From Spirochaetota bacterium (GTDB taxonomy: Bacteria; Spirochaetota; UBA4802; UBA5550): 64,000 nt of DNA. The translations under genes were made by a program, and so were the position numbers. Shown one piece after another: positions 7,661-16,829 of the stretch. Under the pieces are notes generated by a model. The model saw nothing but the letters and a program-made list of their open reading frames with translations, made no database searches and had not been told where the DNA came from. Each line of letters begins with the position of its first letter. The stretch's first letter is position 1. The DNA lies in NCBI GenBank assembly GCA_050298055.1, contig JBNKTL010000002.1, forward strand, positions 32,001-96,000, in the 5' to 3' direction.

Positions 7661-9430
7661 CTAGTCCTGGAGCGGAAAGGTTATGGTAAAGGACGCACCC
7701 TCCTGCTTTTTGATATCAAGGCTGCCATTAATCTGTACAACCAGAGAGTCCACAAGCTGCATGCCAAGGGAGTTGATATTGCTTATATCAAAACTCTCAG
7801 GAAGTCCTTTCCCGTTGTCACTCACCTGCAGGACCGCATCTGAATTACCGGTTTTATGGAAGTTGATATTGATCTGACCATAATCAGTCCCCTTAAACCC
7901 GTGCTTAAAGGAATTTGAGACAAGTTCATTTATAATGATTCCGCAGGGTATTGCCCTGTCGATTCCCATGGTAATGTCCTCTACGTCCACGTTAACATCA
8001 CCCCTGAGACCGCCGCTTATATACTGCTGTGAAATATCAGAAGTCAGTGCCCTGATATAATCGCCGAAATTTATGGCGGAGATACTCTCCGACTGGTACA
8101 GTTTTTCATGGACCAGAGCCATGGACCGTATCCTGTATACCGTGTCTTTAAAAAAATCGAGGATAACAGAATCTTTGACATATCCTGCCTGGAGATTTAT
8201 GAGGCTGATAATGACCTGCATATTGTTCTTCACCCTGTGATGAACTTCCTTCAGAAGTATATCTTTTTCATTGAGTGATGCCTCAAGCCTTCTTTCAGCC
8301 TCCCGCTGATCGGTTATGTCCCTGAAGATACAATGGGTCTGCTTGGAACTCCCGTCCCTCCTGTAACTCAGTTTTCCGTTGACCGAGACAAGGATCCTTT
8401 CATTGTTCTTTTTCCTCATGAAGAACTCAACACCTCTCACCTCACCGGATTCCTTGAAACGGGAAAAGTTCACTTTTAATGTTTCCAGGGACTCCGGATC
8501 AAGAAATTCCTTGATGTTTCTTCCAAGGACTTCTTCCTTTTCATAACCAAGGACCTTTAACCATGAGTTATTTACTTCTACCACTCGTCCCTCCAGGTCA
8601 AGTGACTGGTAAGGGAGCGGACTGTTCTCGAAGAGCAGCCTGAACCTCTCCTCATTGTCAATAAGCTGGCGTTCCAATGTTTTTTTCTCGGTTATATCGC
8701 GCCATATTGACCTGCTCTTGATTATTTTTCCCGTTTCATCCCTGACTGCCGAAGCACTGAGATTTACAAAACCGGCCGTACCATTCTTTTTCAGGATCAT
8801 AAGGTCTTCACCTTTGACTTCACCAGTCTCCTGGAACTGCTTAAAAACAACAGCCGCCCGTTCACGGGAATCGGGATGGTATATGTCAAAAACTTTCCTT
8901 CCGATCAGTTCGTTTTTTTCATAACCGGTTGTTTTTACTACGGTATCATTACACTCAAGGATTTCCCCGGTTTCGGCATCGATAGAGATATACATGTCGG
9001 GAGCATTGTTGTAGAGATCGGAAAATTTCTCTTCGCTTCTTTTCAGCTCAGTTTCAATCCTGTGTTTGTAGACAGCCAGTTCGATGGCTGCGACGAGTTC
9101 CCGGGAATTTATCGGTTTAATAATATAACCGTAGGGATCGGTTTCCCGTGCTCTCTGAATTGTCTCGTCATCGGAATGGGCGGTCAAATAAAGAACGGGG
9201 ATATCGGCACTCTCATTGATCCTTTTTGCTGTTTCGATACCGTCAGAATTACCCGATATCTCAATGTCCATTATTACAACCTGGGGTTTCTCACGGGCGG
9301 CCATTTCAACGGCATCTTCACTGTTTTTGGCGGGCCCCACTGCGTCATAACCTTTGTGGCGAAGAATTCTCAGAATATTTTCGCCGATCACCGGCTCGTC
9401 TTCAACAATCAGGATTTTGCATTTTAACAT
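7661..9430 (-). CDS. Cytoplasmic sensor kinase: REC-PAS-PAS-HisKA_2-HATPase
   Basis: ILIVEDE...IMDI...YIIKP receiver, two PAS/PAC domains, EVHHRVKNN H-box, NELVSNSFKH, DNGKG and SLGMQLV. Confidence 0.92.
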   Translation of the reverse strand: MLKCKILIVEDEPVIGENILRILRHKGYDAVGPAKNSEDAVEMAAREKPQVVIMDIEISGNSDGIETAKRINESADIPVLYLTAHSDDETIQRARETDPYGYIIKPINSRELVAAIELAVYKHRIETELKRSEEKFSDLYNNAPDMYISIDAETGEILECNDTVVKTTGYEKNELIGRKVFDIYHPDSRERAAVVFKQFQETGEVKGEDLMILKKNGTAGFVNLSASAVRDETGKIIKSRSIWRDITEKKTLERQLIDNEERFRLLFENSPLPYQSLDLEGRVVEVNNSWLKVLGYEKEEVLGRNIKEFLDPESLETLKVNFSRFKESGEVRGVEFFMRKKNNERILVSVNGKLSYRRDGSSKQTHCIFRDITDQREAERRLEASLNEKDILLKEVHHRVKNNMQVIISLINLQAGYVKDSVILDFFKDTVYRIRSMALVHEKLYQSESISAINFGDYIRALTSDISQQYISGGLRGDVNVDVEDITMGIDRAIPCGIIINELVSNSFKHGFKGTDYGQININFHKTGNSDAVLQVSDNGKGLPESFDISNINSLGMQLVDSLVVQINGSLDIKKQEGASFTITFPLQD

Positions 9431-9436
9431 GACCGG

Positions 9437-10174
9437 TTATTCATTTTTCTTTGTGATGCCTTTTTTTTCATTGATGATATAAAGCAGGAGATTTTCAAGG
9501 GCTTCGATCTCTTTTTTATAGTCCTTTTTTTCACCGGTGGATAATTTTATGATCTCTTCCATGATCCCGATATGTTTCATAAGGTCCATCTTATCCATCC
9601 GGGAATACTCAAGGATATGTTCCAGGGCCTTTATCTCCTCTTTCTGGTTCAACATCTCTTTCCGGGAAAGATCAAGGGCGATATCAAGGGCCTTTATGGT
9701 TTCAGCCCCGGAAATCAGCTCCTGCCGTGAAAGCTCAAGCACATTATTCCGCATTTCCACTTCATCCTCAAATCCCTTAAAAAGGTCAAGTTTGTGGACT
9801 GTTTTATACAGCTCCATGAGCCTGCTGATGCGGAGGTGAAATTCAAAGCTCTTCGCAGGTTTAATGAGATAATCTGTTGTTACCGGGAAGATCTGATCAT
9901 ACTTCTTTATATTTTGTTTACCTGCAATAATCAGAACAGGAAATTTTGTCTTATTGACGAGATCTGTAAAGACCTTAAAAAGTGTTTTCTCAATCTTTTT
10001 ATCAGTATCAATAACCGATAAGACAAACTTGTTCTCACCGAAAATTTTCTTCAGCTCTTCCGGCTTACCCGGCATATAAATTTTTGCAAAACTCCCGGAG
10101 AGATAACCGAAGATAGCCCTGTCTTCGTAAATCCGGCTTATGTTTGTAAGAATAACAAGATCGGGATTACTCAC
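9437..10174 (-). CDS. Atypical receiver-domain protein with a C-terminal coiled coil of 21-aa repeats
   Basis: Receiver-like elements SVIDTD, FPVLIIA and DYLIKP, but no N-terminal acidic pair; four 21-residue repeats. Confidence 0.7.
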   Translation of the reverse strand: MSNPDLVILTNISRIYEDRAIFGYLSGSFAKIYMPGKPEELKKIFGENKFVLSVIDTDKKIEKTLFKVFTDLVNKTKFPVLIIAGKQNIKKYDQIFPVTTDYLIKPAKSFEFHLRISRLMELYKTVHKLDLFKGFEDEVEMRNNVLELSRQELISGAETIKALDIALDLSRKEMLNQKEEIKALEHILEYSRMDKMDLMKHIGIMEEIIKLSTGEKKDYKKEIEALENLLLYIINEKKGITKKNE

Positions 10175-10370
10175 TTTTTGCTCCCTCTACATATACATAG
10201 TGGATAATAAAATCCGTAACCGGTAATATTCATAGAAAGAGTGTTTTCTTTTTCTCTGAAAAAGGGAAATGCACTTATTTATAAATTATCTACCGGGAAC
10301 AGAATCAATCATAGTTTTATATCACTTGAGAGATTAATCAATAAGAAAACAGCTGTTTTTATGTTTTTTC

Positions 10371-10557
10371 GCAACGACTTAATCATTTATAAAAATAACG
10401 TAACTACAAGCCTGTCATCCCGGCGGAAGTGCAACGAAGAGCCGGGATCCACTTATTTCTAAAAGACTAGATTCCCGCTTCCGGGGGAATGACAATAATA
10501 ATATCAATTATGTTTTTTAATGAATAATATAATTCTTAAAAATTACTGAGTCGTTAA
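10371..10557 (-). mobile_element. MITE-family copy J carrying a different palindromic core
   Basis: Ends GCAACGACTTAA (or GTAACTACAAGC at 10400) ... CTGAGTCGTTAA. The right arm resembles copies E and I. The centre (10413-10494) is TGTCATCCCGGC...GCCGGGATCC...GATTCCCGCTTCCGGGGGAATGACA. Confidence 0.6.
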
Positions 10558-10612
10558 TAAAAATTGAATTATTCTTGACTGAAATGTTCTCTCGCCAGTC
10601 ATATAAAGAATT

Positions 10613-10735
10613 ATGAACAATGAAAATATGGGAATAGTCATTGCCGCTTACCTTGTGAGAATTATACTTTTTTTCCTTCTTACATTTATAATACTCTTTG
10701 TGATTTCCCGGCTGGCCGGAAAAAAGGGCGATTGA
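10613..10735 (+). CDS. Small single-pass membrane protein (40 aa)
   Basis: MNNENMGIVIAAYLVRIILFFLLTFIILFVISRLAGKKGD: hydrophobic helix and basic tail. TTGACT at 10575; stop is 3 bp from the convergent gene's stop. Confidence 0.5.
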   Translation: MNNENMGIVIAAYLVRIILFFLLTFIILFVISRLAGKKGD

Positions 10736-10738
10736 TAC

Positions 10739-12280
10739 TCACTCCTGATCATGAGGGTGATGTTTCAGGGGGATATTTACCGGCTCCAGGGAACCGAGTA
10801 CCCAGCCGGTAACTTCATTGAGAGAGGGATGAATGACCATGGACTGGTAAAGAGGCATGACACTCCCTGCCCCCGGACACGAATAGTCCAGCCTTGTCCT
10901 GATGACATTTTTATTGTTTTTCCTCTCATCTTCATCGGCAGAGACCGGGCAGGAATACCCTGAATTCATCATATAGACAAAGGGCTGAACCAGGATATCC
11001 GCATGAGGCCCGACCACATGGGCGCCGAGAATTTTCATTGAACTGTCCAGAATCAGCTTCACAAAACCGTCATCATCATCTCCCGCTTCATAGCCCATGG
11101 CAAAACCCTTGGCAACATATGAATAGTTCATCTTTGCCCGGAAAATCCGGTGCCCCCGGTCCAGGGCTTCCTGCTCGGTCAATCCAACGTGCCCCACCTG
11201 CGGACCGGTATATATTGCCCAGGGAACAGCCGAGTAGTCCATGGCCTCCCTGCCTTTTTCGAATAGATTTTTAATACAGACTTCAGCCTCGGCATTGGCC
11301 TTGTGCCTGAACTGGTAGAGGCCGTTAACATCACCCATGGCCCAGACGCCCTTTACATTTGTCTCAAGGAACTCATTGGTCTTTATCCAGCCTCCCGGAC
11401 CGTAGGTCTCAATTCCGCATTTTTCTGTTTTCAGGATATCGCTGTTTGACCTTCTCCCCGCGGCCACAAATATCTCTTCGGCTTCAAGTTCGGTTGTAAT
11501 ACCCGTTTCGGTATCATCAATAGTAAGATATTTACTCCCTCCATCTCCATCCTTTCTGGCAGCCACGGCCCTGCAGCGGGTGAATACCTTCATCTCCTTT
11601 TTAAAATTCTTTTCCACAAAATAACTTATTTCAGGTTCTTCGGTGATAAGGATCCTGGGGGCCATCTCTACGATAGTGACCTTTGTTCCCAGCGCGGAAA
11701 ATATATGGGCAAACTCCGCGGCGATAATCCCCCCTCCCACAAGGATAAGGCTTTTCCACGGTTTTTCAGGAAAACTCTCTCCGAAAAAGGTCTCGGTTGT
11801 GATATATCCCGCCTCTTCAATTCCCTTGATTGGCGGCACAAAAGAACGCCCCCCGGAAGCAACAACTATCCGGCTGCCCGTAAACTCAGGGGATGCCGTG
11901 CCGTCAGGGTAGACAACCTTCAGCTTCTGTTTACCCGTAAACTCGGCCGCTCCCCTGTAGGTATCGAGTTTATCCAGAGAAGAGATCCCCTCTTCAATAT
12001 TCTTATTTTCATCTATCCGGCTCCACAGCCTTTTCGTAATCAGCTCCCAGTCAAGATTATCCAGTTTAAAGGAAACACCTATCTTCTTCCCCTGTTCCGC
12101 GTTTTTAATTGTGTCGGCTACGGTGGTGAGGACCTTGGAGGGAATGCATCCCCTGTTAAGACATGTTCCCCCCATCTTGCTCTTCTCCACCAGGGCACAC
12201 CTGTATCCTCTCTGCATCCCGGCATTGAGGACCGAAAGTCCCGCTCCGCTTCCAATGACTATGAGATCGTACGTTTTCAT
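10739..12280 (-). CDS. Class I pyridine nucleotide-disulphide oxidoreductase (dihydrolipoamide dehydrogenase / mycothione reductase family)
   Basis: GSGAG FAD motif, GGTCLNRGCIPSK redox disulphide, GGGIIAAE and HPSLNE His-Glu dyad. Likely start ATG 12280 (MKTYDL). Confidence 0.9.
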   Translation of the reverse strand: MKTYDLIVIGSGAGLSVLNAGMQRGYRCALVEKSKMGGTCLNRGCIPSKVLTTVADTIKNAEQGKKIGVSFKLDNLDWELITKRLWSRIDENKNIEEGISSLDKLDTYRGAAEFTGKQKLKVVYPDGTASPEFTGSRIVVASGGRSFVPPIKGIEEAGYITTETFFGESFPEKPWKSLILVGGGIIAAEFAHIFSALGTKVTIVEMAPRILITEEPEISYFVEKNFKKEMKVFTRCRAVAARKDGDGGSKYLTIDDTETGITTELEAEEIFVAAGRRSNSDILKTEKCGIETYGPGGWIKTNEFLETNVKGVWAMGDVNGLYQFRHKANAEAEVCIKNLFEKGREAMDYSAVPWAIYTGPQVGHVGLTEQEALDRGHRIFRAKMNYSYVAKGFAMGYEAGDDDDGFVKLILDSSMKILGAHVVGPHADILVQPFVYMMNSGYSCPVSADEDERKNNKNVIRTRLDYSCPGAGSVMPLYQSMVIHPSLNEVTGWVLGSLEPVNIPLKHHPHDQE

Positions 12281-12427
12281 ATCTTCTTTAACTTCATGAA
12301 ATAGTGTGAATTGACCGGGTTCCGGCTCATCCCCTGCAGTCATCACAAGGCCGGATTATAACTGAATTTATATCTGTCCGGAGAAAAGTCAAATACTTTC
12401 AACCGGTTTTCATAATAAGTTCTTCGA

Positions 12428-14233
12428 TTAATTTCCGGCCCATGAGAGCCTGCCGTTAGTATCAATAATTTTCATATCCGGCGGGATCCGGAGCTTCCCG
12501 GCAACACTCCCGCTGAAAAACCCGTTAACGATATAGCCCTTTCCCGATTTCCTGATATTCGTTACGTGAAGTACCGGTGTACCCGGACCACTCAGCATCT
12601 CCCTGATCCGCCCCAGGATCTCTTCTTTCCCGGACCCGTTATAGGAGAACGTATGGGATATACAGCTCTTCCGGGAGCTTTCCTCACCACCAGCCAGTGA
12701 ACTTCCGCACTCACCGATAAACTCTGACATCCTGTTATCCGGTTCCGCATCAAAGTACTCATCCCTGTCCAGGATCCTGACCCGCCGGGGAGTGCCCAGC
12801 CATCTCCATCTTCCTTTGAGTTTGATCATGCTCACCACAGGGAAAAAACCGATAGACCCCTCCTGCATATTGTGGAAAGAGTACTTCAGGGTGCCCCGGA
12901 CATACGCCCTGTTTTTATCAATCCGCGCTTTATTGATTTCCACCGATTCCAGGTGGGCGGGCCCCCCGAAGAACCGCTTGTGCCAGATATCCTCTATATC
13001 ATCATATTCCCTCTGCCCGAACCTGTATCCCCTGGCATAGTTGTACCTTATTCGATAGATATCTTCACTGTATATGTCCTTTGCGAAGCTGATGAAGAAC
13101 CTCTTCAGTTCTTCCGGGACCTCGGTAGAGAAAATGAAGTTAGGCTCATAGAAGATATCCTCCTCCTCGTATGAAGCCTGCAGGTTCCCCTCTTTAATCC
13201 CTCCGGAGAGGGCATCGACCAGCATCTGAAACATCTTCAGATAACCGCTGTTTTTAAGGAGGGGAAATTCGCTCCTGGACGTTACGGCGATAACACTCTT
13301 CAGGGAGGGGATGATGACAACAAACTGTCCTCCTTCACCCTCGGCCATGAACGCCCTGTTGCCCTGAAATTCTCTTCTCTTCCACCTGTCAACGGAAACA
13401 GGATACGCCGGGCCTTTTTGAGAAGCTGTGAGTTTTTTCCCTCTAAAAGTACCATTATTCAGCACGAACCTCCCGTAATGCGCCAGGTCGATCCCCCTGA
13501 ACCGAAAACCGATAAACCGGGAAATTTGCCTTCCTTCACCTTCACCGCTTTTTATTCCTGCGGGTTTAAAGAGATTTTCTTCCGCATACGAAGTGTAGCC
13601 CGGCGGTGATATCTTCGCAATGATCTCAGAGAGGAGATAAATCGACGCGAACCTGGCAGCGGGCTGATTTCTCTCTCTCCGGAGAATTTTCAGGGACTCC
13701 GATATCCTGTCCCCGGCATAGAAGAGCTTCCAGTAGACGGGGTTCTTTTCTCCCCATAACAGCGGAGGATCAACATCCAGCAGGTCCTTTACGGTAAGAT
13801 TGCCTGTCTGCCTGCCCGGGAAAAAATCCGAGACCGGCTGGTTTCTGCTTTTCAGTTCCCCTTTACTAAGAGCATGATCGATAAGTGTACTGATAATGTC
13901 GAGGTTCAGGGAATGGACAAACGCCCTTTTATCAGGCCCCCCGTCCCCGTAGTAGTTCTCAAGAAGGGTCACCCCGTTCTTGATGACCAGGAGGCTTCTG
14001 GCGGCAAGGAGCCTTCTGGTGACATAGTCTTCAACAAGCCTGATCTTTATGGAATCCACGCCCAGGCTTTTGAACCGGGCGGGTGACAGTCCCTTTTCTT
14101 TGATATAGAGTGTTTTCTGGGTCTCTTTCGTCCAGTAGTGATGAATCACGGAAAAGGCCCCGGCAGTAACGGCCAGGTAGAGAACCATGCTCAGGATGGA
14201 GTATTTTTTCATCTTTACGGACATTTCCGTCAC
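12428..14233 (-). CDS. Membrane-anchored beta-lactamase-fold (serine hydrolase) protein with degenerate active site and extra C-terminal domains
   Basis: Family motifs SLLVIKNG..ENYY, LTVKDLL, YAEENLFKPAGI, DLAHYG..VLNNG and AEGEGGQ; the SxxK motif reads SLNL. Confidence 0.75.
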   Translation of the reverse strand: MTEMSVKMKKYSILSMVLYLAVTAGAFSVIHHYWTKETQKTLYIKEKGLSPARFKSLGVDSIKIRLVEDYVTRRLLAARSLLVIKNGVTLLENYYGDGGPDKRAFVHSLNLDIISTLIDHALSKGELKSRNQPVSDFFPGRQTGNLTVKDLLDVDPPLLWGEKNPVYWKLFYAGDRISESLKILRRERNQPAARFASIYLLSEIIAKISPPGYTSYAEENLFKPAGIKSGEGEGRQISRFIGFRFRGIDLAHYGRFVLNNGTFRGKKLTASQKGPAYPVSVDRWKRREFQGNRAFMAEGEGGQFVVIIPSLKSVIAVTSRSEFPLLKNSGYLKMFQMLVDALSGGIKEGNLQASYEEEDIFYEPNFIFSTEVPEELKRFFISFAKDIYSEDIYRIRYNYARGYRFGQREYDDIEDIWHKRFFGGPAHLESVEINKARIDKNRAYVRGTLKYSFHNMQEGSIGFFPVVSMIKLKGRWRWLGTPRRVRILDRDEYFDAEPDNRMSEFIGECGSSLAGGEESSRKSCISHTFSYNGSGKEEILGRIREMLSGPGTPVLHVTNIRKSGKGYIVNGFFSGSVAGKLRIPPDMKIIDTNGRLSWAGN

Positions 14234-16635
14234 CTTCTCCTTTTCTCATAGACCAGTTTCAGGATTGCCGGTGAGAGGAGAACATCCGCCAGGAAAGCAA
14301 CAAGAAGGGAGAACCCGGTAACAAGACCGAAATCACTCACGACTTTTAACGGGTTGAAAAGGCGCAGCCAGAAACATGACACAAATATGAGTGTGGTTGT
14401 CATAAGGGCCCTTCCCGCCGACGCCAGGGTGTCGCTTACCGCGGAATCCACACTGCCCGATTTCCCGTAATAACCGGTAAAGTTGTGAAAAAAGTGTATG
14501 GTATCGTCTACGGCAATCCCGATAATAATGCTCCCGCCAATGAGGTTAAAGGTGTTTAAAGGTATCCCCATAAATCCCATGAGTCCCAGGCCCGCGGCAA
14601 GGGGGACCAGGTTTGGTATCATTGCTAAAAGCCCCAGCCTGACCTCACCGATAGAGAGTATCATAAGCATGGTCACCACAAGAAATGCCGTAAGGTAACT
14701 TACTGCCAGGCTCTTCATGAGCGACTCAATCACTCCCGAGTTAATAGAAACTGCCCCTGTAACAAGAAGATCATCCTTCCCGTCAAAGAGCTCTCCGGCC
14801 CTTTTTTTAATGGCCCGGACAAACTTCAGATCAGAGGCCGCATCCTGCCAGTACATGAGCGATGTAAACCGCGCGGTTTTAAATTTTTCGTCGGTATAGT
14901 ATTTGAGCTCGCCGAGCCTGCTCTCCCTGTACCTCCCCAGCAGATCCCTGAGGGGATAAGCATCCTTCTTTCTGAAATTCTTTAACTGCCCGATCTCCCT
15001 TATTGAGTGGAGCAGTGACTTCCCGCTCCCCACAACTCTCCTGCCTGTTTCATCCCTGAAGGATAAAGCGTAATCTTCCAGCTTCCGGAGCCTCTGAAGA
15101 AATTCCTCCGTTAAAACACCATTCTCTTTTTTCGTGTTGATAACAACCTCAAGCGCCCGGGTACCTCCGGTTTTCTTTTCTATTATACCGGTATCTACCA
15201 TAAAATCAGATTCGCCGGAAAAATAGTGAAGCATATTATGGGAATACCGCAGCTTAACAATACCAATGGATACCATGACGAGAATTATGAGGAAAAGAGC
15301 GGATACCTGTACCGGTCTTGTCACTCCCAGCCGGCCAAGCCCCATGAGATAGCGGTTATACCGGGATTTTTCGTAGAGTTTCTCCCTCTCCTTCCCCGGA
15401 TTTACCTTCACCACCGCAAGAAACGCGGGAAGAAAAAAAATTGTCATAAAAAGACTGAAAAACACTCCCGCGGCGGAAAAGAGTCCGAGGTCCGCAACCG
15501 GCGCAATCTCCGTTGTTGAAAACGAAAGGAGTCCCGCAACAGTTGTCACAGCCGTCATCATTATGGGGAGCCCCGAATGCTCCAGGGTTTCCAGGACTGC
15601 CGTAGTCCGGTCGGTTGATTTCTGGTATTTATAATAAACAACCATGAAATGGATAGGCGCGGGGATCGCGATTGTCAGTATCAGGGACGGAAGCATTGTC
15701 AATGATGATGTAAAGTCCACACCTGTAAGGGCCATAAGACCAAGGGACGCCGCCACCGATGCTCCAACGGCAAACTGGGGAAGAAAAATTCCGGAGACCC
15801 TTCGAAAGAGAAGTCCCATAAAGATGGACGTAAGAATAAGGACCATGATACTGGTCTTGATCATGTTGTCCATGAGTATCGGTTCAACAAGGAACTGGTA
15901 AACCGGCGTCCCGCTGGAGTAAATTTTAAAGTTATTATAATCGTACTCCCTGATAACAGTTTCCACCATGCCGAGAATAGCAATATTCTCACTCTGTGAT
16001 ATTGAGGGAGCGCCCCGGTTCAGATATTTCGTCTCTTCATGATCATCAAGGCCCCTCCCCCGGTTCTTAATCCTGAGCCCGTCCGGGGTCAGGGCGGATA
16101 CTGACTGTGTCTTGATGACCAGGGCCGCATACCTGTAGTCACCGGTAAAATAGATGTCCTTATATGCGGGATAGTTATCCGCCTTTATCCTCAGTTTCTC
16201 CGCTTCCGAAATCGACCGGGGAACAGATTGAAGAAAGGGAGATACTTTCAATTCCCTGTTATCCGTATAAATATAAGGGGCATTTACCAGGGAATTGACC
16301 TCTTTTAACAGGGGAAGTGTATTCTCCAGGTCCCTGTGGAAATTATTGAGCTTCTCAAGAAAGTACCTGTTAAAAACATCTTTTGTTTCAATAAGGAGAA
16401 AGATCTTCTCGTCGCGTCCAAAGCTCTTTCTGAACTTCTGGTAATCTTTAATTATCCTGTTTCGTTGGGAAAAGGAGCTTTCAATGGTGGTTATGACTCT
16501 CAGCCGGGGAACTGCCAGTGAAAAAAGAAGTAGAGCCGTTATGGTCAGACTGATAATAAGCCACCTGTATTTTACATTCAACCGGCCAATGTGCCTGAAG
16601 AGTTTTCTGCTTTTTTCCCTGTAGTTTTTTCTCAT
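14230..16635 (-). CDS. MMPL/RND-family transporter
   Basis: Two repeats of a periplasmic domain plus TM bundle; GIAVDDTIHF, TTVAGLLSF and GRALMTTT. Confidence 0.92.
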   Translation of the reverse strand: MRKNYREKSRKLFRHIGRLNVKYRWLIISLTITALLLFSLAVPRLRVITTIESSFSQRNRIIKDYQKFRKSFGRDEKIFLLIETKDVFNRYFLEKLNNFHRDLENTLPLLKEVNSLVNAPYIYTDNRELKVSPFLQSVPRSISEAEKLRIKADNYPAYKDIYFTGDYRYAALVIKTQSVSALTPDGLRIKNRGRGLDDHEETKYLNRGAPSISQSENIAILGMVETVIREYDYNNFKIYSSGTPVYQFLVEPILMDNMIKTSIMVLILTSIFMGLLFRRVSGIFLPQFAVGASVAASLGLMALTGVDFTSSLTMLPSLILTIAIPAPIHFMVVYYKYQKSTDRTTAVLETLEHSGLPIMMTAVTTVAGLLSFSTTEIAPVADLGLFSAAGVFFSLFMTIFFLPAFLAVVKVNPGKEREKLYEKSRYNRYLMGLGRLGVTRPVQVSALFLIILVMVSIGIVKLRYSHNMLHYFSGESDFMVDTGIIEKKTGGTRALEVVINTKKENGVLTEEFLQRLRKLEDYALSFRDETGRRVVGSGKSLLHSIREIGQLKNFRKKDAYPLRDLLGRYRESRLGELKYYTDEKFKTARFTSLMYWQDAASDLKFVRAIKKRAGELFDGKDDLLVTGAVSINSGVIESLMKSLAVSYLTAFLVVTMLMILSIGEVRLGLLAMIPNLVPLAAGLGLMGFMGIPLNTFNLIGGSIIIGIAVDDTIHFFHNFTGYYGKSGSVDSAVSDTLASAGRALMTTTLIFVSCFWLRLFNPLKVVSDFGLVTGFSLLVAFLADVLLSPAILKLVYEKRRR

Positions 16636-16829
16636 GGTCCGGTTATTAATTATCTTTTTCTATTTGACTCTAAATGATTGAACAGTTTTTATAATCCTGA
16701 TCTCCTGAACTGGATCAGGAAATCCCGGTTTATTATACGGAATGATTAATAAAGATAAACTGCTTAAATTTATCAATAATTTTTAGCATAAAATGAAAAA
16801 ATTGGTAAGCCGGCAAGCGGAGTTTCTGA

